Position numbers and translations under genes: made by a program | Part shown: positions 6,979 through 14,407 of the stretch, one piece after another | How positions within the stretch are numbered: position 1 is the first letter of the stretch | Layout of the letters: every line of letters starts with the position of its first letter | Notes under the pieces: generated by a model | What the model saw: only the letters and a program-made list of their open reading frames with translations | Told to the model about the DNA's origin: nothing | Database searches by the model: none | Origin: a virus | Lineage: Duplodnaviria > Caudoviricetes | Strand: one strand, 5' to 3' | Virus record (IMG/VR): IMGVR_UViG_3300025314_000006 | Length of the DNA: 64,000 nucleotides

Positions 6979-7510
6979 TATGAGTTTGTTAGAAAAAATT
7001 AAAATAGAAAGATTTATTTCGGAAGATATTGACGAAGTTAAACAGTTAATTAAAAACATACATTCAAAAATCTGTTTTAATGAAACAAATATTCACATTT
7101 ATAATAATTTAATGTATAAACTTTTTTTTAACGGTTATAGTTTTCTTTTGGATTTTTCATTAAAAGTAACATATAGAAAAAAAATAATAGGAGTTATGTT
7201 ATTATCTGACTTTTCGTTTTATTGGCTATTAGAAACATATAAAGAAGATGACAAAAACATAAGCAAAAAAATAAAAAAATATAAGAACAAAGAAGGTTTA
7301 AGGAGTGTTTTTTTTGGAATTGATAGGAAATATCAAAAAAAAGGATTAGGCTCTAAAATGATTGAATATATACAAAAAAACTATAAGCAGTTTGATTATT
7401 TGTGGGGAATTCAACATAAAGAGATTTCAAATATGGAATTTTTCTTAAAAAGAAGAAAAGTTGTTGCAGAAATAGGAAATTCCGTATATACTGTGCAGGA
7501 TTTGAAATAA
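6971..7510 (+). CDS. GNAT-family acetyltransferase
   Basis: FGIDRKYQKKGLGSKMI acetyl-CoA-binding motif A. Confidence 0.75.
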   Translation: MNNMSLLEKIKIERFISEDIDEVKQLIKNIHSKICFNETNIHIYNNLMYKLFFNGYSFLLDFSLKVTYRKKIIGVMLLSDFSFYWLLETYKEDDKNISKKIKKYKNKEGLRSVFFGIDRKYQKKGLGSKMIEYIQKNYKQFDYLWGIQHKEISNMEFFLKRRKVVAEIGNSVYTVQDLK

Positions 7511-7514
7511 AAGC

Positions 7515-7715
7515 TTAAAACCCTTCTTTAGTAACTCCAGATGCTACGGCAGCTTCTGCGTTGGCTTTACTCATTAATAGACTCATCTTATGTCCATCTT
7601 TACTTTCGCCCTTTGCAATGTACCCACCCTTTTTAGTTAAGCTAATAACAGCATTAACCATTACTCCCTTTGATTTTGTCTTAAGACAATAAGCCTCTAA
7701 TACTACTTTTTCCAT
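7515..7715 (-). CDS. Small DUF5679-like protein, paralog 2
   Basis: AYCLK...KGGYIAKGESKDGHKM...ANAEAAVASGV, shared with 5917-6120. Confidence 0.55.
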   Translation of the reverse strand: MEKVVLEAYCLKTKSKGVMVNAVISLTKKGGYIAKGESKDGHKMSLLMSKANAEAAVASGVTKEGF

Positions 7716-7753
7716 TTTTTTTGGTTTTATAGTAAATATTAAAAATTTTTATT

Positions 7754-8101
7754 TTAAGTCGGTGATGTTATTAATTGAAATTTAGTAGGATGCGACAATC
7801 TATAATCAACTTGTCTTTCATCAACATATTCTCGATAATTAACATAACCTTTAACATATGGAGTTACGCGAGCATCGAAAAAAATAACATCTCCGTTATT
7901 TAACGCTCCTAATTTCTCAAATCCTTTTGTTTTGTTAAACCACAAATGGTCAGTAACAATTTTATCAGACTTATCCTTAATATCTTTTAAGAGTATTGTT
8001 TCTACAGGATATCCATGATAATTCTTCTTTGTTCCAAATTTCTCAAATATTCCACTAAATCTGTCCCGTATATTTTCTATTTTTTCTAAATCTTTTCTCA
8101 T
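7754..8101 (-). CDS. Hypothetical protein
   Basis: 115-aa ORF whose start overlaps the nadD stop. Confidence 0.65.
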   Translation of the reverse strand: MRKDLEKIENIRDRFSGIFEKFGTKKNYHGYPVETILLKDIKDKSDKIVTDHLWFNKTKGFEKLGALNNGDVIFFDARVTPYVKGYVNYREYVDERQVDYRLSHPTKFQLITSPT

Positions 8102-8670
8102 TGATAAAACCCTTTTCTTTTTATATAATTAGCAACTTGCGGTGCTAAAAAATCTTTCACATCTCTATTTTCCTTTATCTCGTTTCGGATAAATGTGGAA
8201 GACATTTCAATTAAATTAACATCAAACATTTTTACTTTTGGATGTAAAATTAGATTACCGCCATCGCTGGAGCTACGTGAATATACATAAATTTGATATT
8301 CTTCAAGTATTTTTTGATAATCTTTCCACTTGTGTAAGTTTTCTAAATTATCAGTTCCCATTATTATAACAAATTCATTTTCTTTAAATGTTTCTTTTAA
8401 TAAATTGAGCGTATCTATAGTATACGAAGGTTTTGATAAATTAAATTCAATATCACTGGCTCTCATATGTTCATTATCAATTAATGCCATATTAACCATT
8501 TTTAACCTTTCTTTTTCTGATAGTAGAGAATTTTTATCCTTGAGAGGATTGTGAGGAGATATTATAAACCACACACATTCCAATTCGGTATGTTCAAGCA
8601 TGTAAGACGCCAATATTGTGTGACCGTTGTGGATTGGATTAAAACTACCGAAGAATAAACCTATTTTCAT
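8098..8670 (-). CDS. nadD: Nicotinate/nicotinamide mononucleotide adenylyltransferase
   Basis: KIGLFFGSFNPIHNGH (HxGH), SPHNPLK, PSYTIDTL, IMGTDN, MSSTFIR; likely start is ATG 8670. Confidence 0.92.
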   Translation of the reverse strand: MKIGLFFGSFNPIHNGHTILASYMLEHTELECVWFIISPHNPLKDKNSLLSEKERLKMVNMALIDNEHMRASDIEFNLSKPSYTIDTLNLLKETFKENEFVIIMGTDNLENLHKWKDYQKILEEYQIYVYSRSSSDGGNLILHPKVKMFDVNLIEMSSTFIRNEIKENRDVKDFLAPQVANYIKRKGFYQ

Positions 8671-8752
8671 ATGTGATATTATTAAACGAAGATAATCATT
8701 ATAATGTTGCAACTAACTTTTTTAAACTATTTATTGAAAAAAGAAATATAAA

Positions 8753-10126
8753 ATGAATAATAAAGAACTAAGAAAATCGATAAGAAGGATTTTAAAGGAA
8801 AATCTTGAAAATTCTGATTGGGTGAATGCCAGTGATGCTCAAAAAGCTGCAATGCAAGATATAGACTCAGAAGATGAATTTGAACACTTAGGAACTAATA
8901 GGTTTGAAAAAGATTTTGATGTTGAAGATTTTCTATATGATTTAGAAGCTCAAAAAAATATGTCTGAGCCATCTGTAAAAAGATTAGAAAAACAAATTGG
9001 GCAATTAAAAAGATTTGGAAAGGGTTCTTTGAATGAATTATCGCCAGAAATAAGACAATCCGCACTTAAAAAAGCTGTTGATTATATTGAACAACCTGGA
9101 GATACCTATCATAAAGACCCGCTCCAATATATTAAGAAAAAAAACCAAGCAAATTCATTTATTTCTCATGTTAATCCTGAGTTAAAAAAAGAAGCTATGG
9201 AAATAGCAAAAATGATAGATGTAAATTGTGAAAGTCGTATAGAAAAAGAAGCGGTAGGAAGTACACTTGAACCAAATGTTGTATTATATTTTGGTCAAAA
9301 CATTGCAGATTTAAGTAATCAAATACTTAAAATTGCCATTAAAAAAGATAATCATACATGGGAAACCAAAAAATTTATTCCTGAAAATATTCAAAGAAGA
9401 TTGGCTAATTTTATAAAAAAGATTCAAACAAAAGAAATATCTAGTCCAGTTAAACAATTGAATGAGAGATTTCTTGGTGGATGGCATTATTTCGCAACTC
9501 CAGAAGGTAAAGAAGAATATATTAAAGACCTCGAGTCTAAAAAGATTAATGCAAAAGGAGAAGAATTAGAGCAAATTGAAAAAGAACTTAAAAAGTTAAA
9601 ATCAATAAAACCAAAATCCTTAAAAGAAGAAACATCAAAACTTGACAAGCCAAAAGATTCTGCAGGAAATTCAATATCATCCGGAGTGAGAGTTGAAGAT
9701 TTAGAGTCGGGTAGTGCTGGACGAGTTGAGAGATTTGGTATTGACGACAAAGGACAATTAACAGTTCATGTTGCTTGGATAACAAAATATGGACAGATAG
9801 CTCCAAAGTCCATTGTTTATCCCAAAAATATAATTGTTAAAGATTCTGCAAAAAAGATAACAGACGAAGGAATTAAAGATACTTTAAAAAATATTTATAA
9901 AGAATTGAATCCTATTGAAAAATGGAAACAAATGAAAGAAAATCGTAAAAAGCTCGAAAAAGAAGTTAGTGATTTACGAAGAGAAGTTTCTGAAAAGGAA
10001 AAAGAATTAGAAAAAATAGTGAATAGTAATCATATTAAAGCTGATGTAAGTAATGATGTTGACGAAGGAATTGGAGCTGGATTATCACTTCCAATAAAAA
10101 AAGGAGCCGGAAGCAGATTTAAATAA
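8753..10126 (+). CDS. Hypothetical protein, putative protease-processed virion polyprotein
   Basis: N-terminal LRKSIRRILKE; internal SLNE, QLNE and SLKEE linkers; TATTTAT at 8728-8734. Confidence 0.6.
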   Translation: MNNKELRKSIRRILKENLENSDWVNASDAQKAAMQDIDSEDEFEHLGTNRFEKDFDVEDFLYDLEAQKNMSEPSVKRLEKQIGQLKRFGKGSLNELSPEIRQSALKKAVDYIEQPGDTYHKDPLQYIKKKNQANSFISHVNPELKKEAMEIAKMIDVNCESRIEKEAVGSTLEPNVVLYFGQNIADLSNQILKIAIKKDNHTWETKKFIPENIQRRLANFIKKIQTKEISSPVKQLNERFLGGWHYFATPEGKEEYIKDLESKKINAKGEELEQIEKELKKLKSIKPKSLKEETSKLDKPKDSAGNSISSGVRVEDLESGSAGRVERFGIDDKGQLTVHVAWITKYGQIAPKSIVYPKNIIVKDSAKKITDEGIKDTLKNIYKELNPIEKWKQMKENRKKLEKEVSDLRREVSEKEKELEKIVNSNHIKADVSNDVDEGIGAGLSLPIKKGAGSRFK

Positions 10127-10133
10127 AACTATT

Positions 10134-11147
10134 TTGGAAAATAAGTTAAGAAAATATATTCAAAAAATCCTTCAAGAATCTTTAAATACAGAAGACATTC
10201 CTGAAGACATCCCCATTAAAAAAGATTTAAAATTCACTGAGACCTCAAGAGGTTCGCATCATGGCCAGCAGGATTTAACAGCTTATGCCACAATAGAGGG
10301 AATAGTAGTTGGCTATGTTGAATATTCTATATTTCAGAACGAAATCCACATAGAAATGATTGAAGTTGTTGAAGAACAAAAAAGACAAGGAATAGCAACA
10401 AAATTATTTCATTTTATAAGACTTAAAAATTCTGGTATGAAAATTATTCCAGGATATTCAACCGAAGAAGGAAGTAAATTTTATAATGCTTATAAAAGCA
10501 AAAAACTAAAAGAAGATATAAATGTTCCTATAAATGTTGGAGATACCGTTCTTGGTGGCCGTTTTAAAAATAAAAAAATTATTATTAAAGATATAGGAAA
10601 GTCAGATAAGGGCGACATTACAATTAATGACAAGCCTCTTTTAAAAGTTAGGATTCCAAAGAAAATAAATGAAGAAAAATTGACATGTTTATATATTCAT
10701 GGTTTAGGAGCTGAAATATCTGATGATATTAAAAATTCTCTTTCCAAATACAATCTCATATATCCCAAAATAAACTACGACAAAACAACAAAACCATATT
10801 ATCAATGTTTAGAAATATTAAATAAAGATAAGGTGGATTTTATAATAGGTCATTCTATAGGTGGAGTTATGGGTTATTATTTAGCTAAAGAAACAAATAT
10901 TCCAGCTTTATTATTATGTCCGGCATTTGGAGATGAATATAAAGTTCTCACAAGTAAGTTAGTTAAAGATAATAACCCAAAAATAGTTGTTATCATAGGA
11001 AAAAAAGATGATGAAGTTGATAATAAAAAAGTTAAATCCACTTTAGAAAATCAACCCAATTGTGTTATTAAAGAATTAAATATCGGACATGATATTACAG
11101 AAAAAAATCTGATTTTATTTGCTGATGGTTTTGTTGAAAATTTATAA
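10134..11147 (+). CDS. Multidomain protein: GNAT, small module, alpha/beta-hydrolase (YqiA-like)
   Basis: KRQGIATKL GNAT motif; YIHGLG and GHSIGG nucleophile elbow; domains separated by KLKED and KINEE. Confidence 0.75.
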   Translation: MENKLRKYIQKILQESLNTEDIPEDIPIKKDLKFTETSRGSHHGQQDLTAYATIEGIVVGYVEYSIFQNEIHIEMIEVVEEQKRQGIATKLFHFIRLKNSGMKIIPGYSTEEGSKFYNAYKSKKLKEDINVPINVGDTVLGGRFKNKKIIIKDIGKSDKGDITINDKPLLKVRIPKKINEEKLTCLYIHGLGAEISDDIKNSLSKYNLIYPKINYDKTTKPYYQCLEILNKDKVDFIIGHSIGGVMGYYLAKETNIPALLLCPAFGDEYKVLTSKLVKDNNPKIVVIIGKKDDEVDNKKVKSTLENQPNCVIKELNIGHDITEKNLILFADGFVENL

Positions 11148-11174
11148 TTGAAATTATTATTTTTTAATATAAAG

Positions 11175-11247
11175 TGCTTCCAGTTGGACTTGAACCAACG
11201 ACCCGAAAATTAAGAATTTCCTACTCTACCATCTGAGCTATGAAAGC
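11175..11247 (-). tRNA. tRNA-Lys(CTT)
   Basis: GCTTTCA/TGGAAGC acceptor; loop TT CTT AA. Confidence 0.85.
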
Positions 11248-11335
11248 AATAATTTATAATGTATTATAGATATATGTTGAGTAAAATCCACAGAATGTTC
11301 TATTTTATGGATTGTGCTCAACAAATATGTAATTG

Positions 11336-11409
11336 TGTGTCCGACAAGATTTGAACTTGTGACCTCCGCATTAAAAGTGCGGTATTCTAACCAGCTGAAT
11401 TACGAACAC
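11336..11409 (-). tRNA. tRNA-Lys(TTT)
   Basis: GTGTTCG/CGGACAC acceptor; CCGCA-CT TTT AA-TGCGG. Confidence 0.9.
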
Positions 11410-11413
11410 ATAG

Positions 11414-11500
11414 TGTACCCAGAAAGATTCGAACTTTCAACGGCCTTTCGGCTCCCCACAGGGTAAAAACCTGTTGCTCTACCAATTGAGCCATGGGTAC
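11414..11500 (-). tRNA. tRNA-Lys(TTT) with a long variable arm
   Basis: GTACCCA/TGGGTAC acceptor; ACAGG-TT TTT AC-CCTGT; 19-nt variable region with a GCC-GAAA-GGC hairpin. Confidence 0.8.
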
Positions 11501-11504
11501 AAAT

Positions 11505-11536
11505 AAAAAAGCCTGAATCTACACAGAGACTCAGGC
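11505..11536 (-). terminator. Intrinsic terminator of attenuator 3, 4 nt before the first tRNA-Lys
   Basis: 10-bp stem GCCTGAGTCT/AGATTCAGGC followed by TTTTTT. Confidence 0.85.
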
Positions 11537-11556
11537 TTTTTGGACTTATAAAAAAG

Positions 11557-11622
11557 TCAATGAGCTATCGTCCCCGGAGACCAGGGTTTCTTAGATTTTT
11601 TTATTTTGATTATTGTTAACAT
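11557..11622 (-). CDS. Attenuator leader peptide 3 (21 aa, Lys-rich)
   Basis: MLTIIKIKKSKKPWSPGTIAH*; five Lys codons in seven (four AAA, one AAG). Confidence 0.75.
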   Translation of the reverse strand: MLTIIKIKKSKKPWSPGTIAH

Positions 11623-11733
11623 TTTGTTTATTTTTTTAAATTAAAAAGAGCCCACACTCAACTGGTGGCTAATTTTTATGAACGAGTATTACCCAAGTTC
11701 TGTCATCCACTATGACAAATTTCTATTGTTATT

Positions 11734-12086
11734 TTAACCTTGAATATCTTGACATTCCGTGATGTTATAGGTCTTTATAAAATCCTTACCATCAGTTATT
11801 ATTAAATCCAAGTTACTTGAATAGTACCCGTTATTAGAACCGTGTCCAGCTATTTTTACAGAATGTCCTTGTATTGGAATTAATTCAATTCCGTAATCAG
11901 GAATTCTTTTGAAGAAATCATCATTTGTTAAATCAAATTCTAATCCTTCAAATCAGCGATTGTTAAATCATCTAATGTTAATGAATGTGATTCACAACAA
12001 TCTGATTCATGATTTGAATATAACTTTACTTCATTTTCAAATTCAATTGCATCTGAGTCAACTTTTACTACTTTTAATTTGTTCAT
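11734..12086 (-). pseudogene. Conserved-looking phage hypothetical gene with a 1-nt frameshift near 11948
   Basis: First frame ends ...ADLKD* at 11940; the shifted frame continues EGLEFDLTNDDFFKRIPDYGIELIP...GHGSNNGYYSSNLDL...* to 11734. Confidence 0.6.
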
Positions 12087-12102
12087 TTTATTTATGTTTT
12101 TG

Positions 12103-12176
12103 GGTGCTATATCGGCTACGACCCGATTACCTTCTGTACCACAAACAGACACTCTACCAATTGAGCTAATAACACC
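12103..12176 (-). tRNA. tRNA-His(GTG)
   Basis: Encoded G-1:C73 pair; TCTGT-TT GTG GT-ACAGA; T-loop GTCGTAG. Confidence 0.85.
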
Positions 12177-12189
12177 ATATTAAATTTGT

Positions 12190-12960
12190 TTAAAATACAA
12201 ATTTTAAGACTTTAATATTATTTACTTTTTCACTATATCCAAAATTTCTAATTTCATCATGTATTTCTATGTGACAATTTGCACAAACCATAATACATTT
12301 ATCAACTTCTACTTTTAATCTTTCAAAACCATAAGATTTGCCACCAATAGTAAAATCTTTTTCACTTGGATTTGTATGATGAAATTGTAAAACTGATGTT
12401 GATTTATTATATCCACAACATTCACATTTCCATCCTTTATATTCAATTAATCTAATTTTACTTCTTTTTCTCCAATCTATAACAGCCTGACTTTTGGTTT
12501 TAGTTTTTTGTCTTTTTTTATTTGTTTTAATCAAATCATCAGAAATGTAATTTCTAATTGTTGTCCTATCTACCTTAAAATAAGCGGCTGTTTTTCTTAA
12601 AGACTTACTTTCTATATAAAAATTAACAACTTCTATTTCAATAAGTTCTTTTTTCTTAAATGTACCACTTGATTTATTTAATCCATACAAATTACATATT
12701 TTAATTAACTTATCTTCTCCAATGTCCAAAATTGACCTTATTTCGTCATAGCTTTTCAATTCTCTTCTGTAAGCAATTATTTTGTTTATAACTTCATCAG
12801 TTATTCCAATTAAAAAACTGTTTCTTACTCCGCCAAGTCCAACATTATTTATGTGATAAGACACAGTGCTTTTTGAACACTTTAATTGTTCAACTATTTC
12901 TTTTATAGTTGAGCCTTTTTCTCTTAAAGAGATAATTTTATTTTTCAAACCTTTATCCAT
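12190..12960 (-). CDS. HNH homing endonuclease with N-terminal HTH repeats
   Basis: KCECCGY...LQFHH...CIMVCANCHIEIH; likely start MDKGLK at 12960. Confidence 0.85.
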   Translation of the reverse strand: MDKGLKNKIISLREKGSTIKEIVEQLKCSKSTVSYHINNVGLGGVRNSFLIGITDEVINKIIAYRRELKSYDEIRSILDIGEDKLIKICNLYGLNKSSGTFKKKELIEIEVVNFYIESKSLRKTAAYFKVDRTTIRNYISDDLIKTNKKRQKTKTKSQAVIDWRKRSKIRLIEYKGWKCECCGYNKSTSVLQFHHTNPSEKDFTIGGKSYGFERLKVEVDKCIMVCANCHIEIHDEIRNFGYSEKVNNIKVLKFVF

Positions 12961-13031
12961 ATTATTAACTTTATTTGTTAATAAATATGGGATAAAATTC
13001 AAAAAAACAAAATTTATTTCAAAGAACGTTG

Positions 13032-13103
13032 CGGACCCGCCTGGACTTGAACCAGAAAACGCAGATTAACAATCTGAAGTGATACCAATTTCACCACAGG
13101 TCC
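13032..13103 (-). tRNA. tRNA-Asn(GTT)
   Basis: GGACCTG/CGGGTCC acceptor, G73; loop TT GTT AA. Confidence 0.85.
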
Positions 13104-13109
13104 CAATAT

Positions 13110-13430
13110 TTATTTTTTAATTTCTTCTTTAGTAATAGAATCACCAACCTCTATTACTTTGCCAAAAACTTTTTTTGTCCAACCATTTATTCCTCCTTTA
13201 TTATTTCCTATTAAACAACCTTTTTGTGCATTAATTGCTTTTACTAAATGTGTGTAGAAATTGCCGTGCACTTTCGCATAGACTATATCTCCTACTTTAA
13301 CTTCATCTATTGTAATTGGGGCAATTTTATGTTCTTGTCCCGACTTAATTAAAGGAACCATTGAGTTTCCTTTTTCACTGGTGACGAAAGTCTCACCGTT
13401 TTGTAATCTTTCTAATTTATAATTTCTCAT
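13110..13430 (-). CDS. S24/S26 peptidase-like protein
   Basis: KGNSMVPLI...VGDIVY motif. Confidence 0.6.
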   Translation of the reverse strand: MRNYKLERLQNGETFVTSEKGNSMVPLIKSGQEHKIAPITIDEVKVGDIVYAKVHGNFYTHLVKAINAQKGCLIGNNKGGINGWTKKVFGKVIEVGDSITKEEIKK

Positions 13431-13446
13431 TTTTTATTATTTGTTT

Positions 13447-13535
13447 TGGCGGAAAACGGGCAAATCGAATACCATTCAAATTAACGAACCTCTCGCTTAG
13501 CAGGCGGAGACAACTCCCTGGTTGTTTCGTTTTCC
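13447..13535 (-). tRNA. tRNA-Ser(GCT), CCA encoded
   Basis: Loop CT GCT AA; long variable arm; G73. Confidence 0.85.
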
Positions 13536-13562
13536 ATTTATTATTTCAAAGAACATTTTTTG

Positions 13563-13648
13563 CAGAGGCTAAGAGAGTTCAACTCTTACAACCTTTTCAA
13601 GTCCTAGCTATTTTCAAGATAGTGTACCTCCGTCAACTGGGAGCCTCT
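13563..13648 (-). tRNA. tRNA-Ser(TGA)
   Basis: AGAGGCT/AGCCTCT acceptor, G73; CTAT-CT TGA AA-ATAG; long variable arm. Confidence 0.85.
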
Positions 13649-13727
13649 ATGTTTGCCTATTAACTCTATCACTCACCTAAACGGTGGATTACAGAACTTC
13701 GGCAGGATTTTATTCCTGTTCAGTTAG

Positions 13728-13804
13728 TGGAGATTGCCAGAATTGAACTGGCGTTAATTTCACGGTTCTTCAAACCGCAGCTAGACCGTCTCAGCTAAAT
13801 CTCC
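13728..13804 (-). tRNA. tRNA-Phe(GAA)
   Basis: GGAGATT/AATCTCC acceptor; GCGGT-TT GAA GA-ACCGT. Confidence 0.85.
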
Positions 13805-13825
13805 ATTATTTTCAAAAAACGTTAT

Positions 13826-13860
13826 AAAACAAAAAACCCGAACTCTTTTGTAAGTCCGGG
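13826..13860 (-). terminator. Intrinsic terminator of attenuator 2
   Basis: CCCGGACT-TACAAAAG-AGTTCGGG followed by TTTTTTGTTTT; near-identical to 5404-5435. Confidence 0.8.
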
Positions 13861-13889
13861 TGTGTTTATGTTGTTTTAATTTTAATCTT

Positions 13890-13979
13890 TTACGATTCAA
13901 AAGGACAATACACACCCGCTCGGCTTTTATTACTAAAACTCGATTTGTTAAAATGCTTATGTGTATTATTTGTTGTCAT
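13890..13979 (-). CDS. Attenuator leader peptide 2 (29 aa)
   Basis: MTTNNTHKHFNKSSFSNKSRAGVYCPFES*; CGGGTGTGT (13910-13918) is complementary to ACACACCCG (13857-13865). Confidence 0.75.
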   Translation of the reverse strand: MTTNNTHKHFNKSSFSNKSRAGVYCPFES

Positions 13980-14051
13980 TTTGTATTCTTAATATTCTTT
14001 AAATAGTATAAAAAATTATTTTTCTAAAAATTCTTATTATCAATTATAACG

Positions 14052-14083
14052 CAAAGATATAATTAAAGTTTCAAAAAAGCAAA
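14052..14083 (-). promoter_or_regulatory. Bacteroidota primary-sigma promoter for leader 2 and tRNA operon 2
   Basis: TTTG, 20-nt spacer, TATCTTTG. Confidence 0.75.
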
Positions 14084-14121
14084 TTTATTTTGATTTATTT
14101 TTTATTTCATTAAAAAAGGTA

Positions 14122-14401
14122 TCTCGGGTTTTCTGATAATTTGCCGTTGTCATACTGATTAGAGTCGAACTAATCGTGTTGCGTTTCTACATTTCTACAA
14201 TTTACATTTTTACAAAGTCGGCCTTTTTGATTCTATTGCCTTTTCCATAAGGATGTCTTGTGAGACTTGTTTTTTGTATTTATCTCCTTTCGAAGTTAAT
14301 TACTATGAACGTTTTTTAGAAACTTTCTTGAAACTATCTGGTGTATCGTCACCTGAACCTATCCGGTAAATGTTGCCGGAACCATCCATACTGGCCCGAG
14401 A
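14122..14401 (-). ncRNA. Candidate ~280-nt structured RNA directly downstream of the coiled-coil gene
   Basis: 7-bp closing stem TCTCGGG/CCCGAGA; CCGG/CCGG and GGTG/CACC hairpins; T-arm-like GATTAG-TTCGACT-CTAATC (14157-14175); four TGTARA repeats. Confidence 0.5.
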
Positions 14402-14407
14402 ATGTTT

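Noticed and set aside
11640-11725. Hairpins upstream of leader 3 as a riboswitch or ribozyme
   Set aside because: A possible GTGG/CCAC pseudoknot exists but no family consensus could be matched
13652-13727. Structured spacer between tRNA-Phe and tRNA-Ser as an extra RNA gene
   Set aside because: Only two short hairpins, with no cloverleaf or known motif
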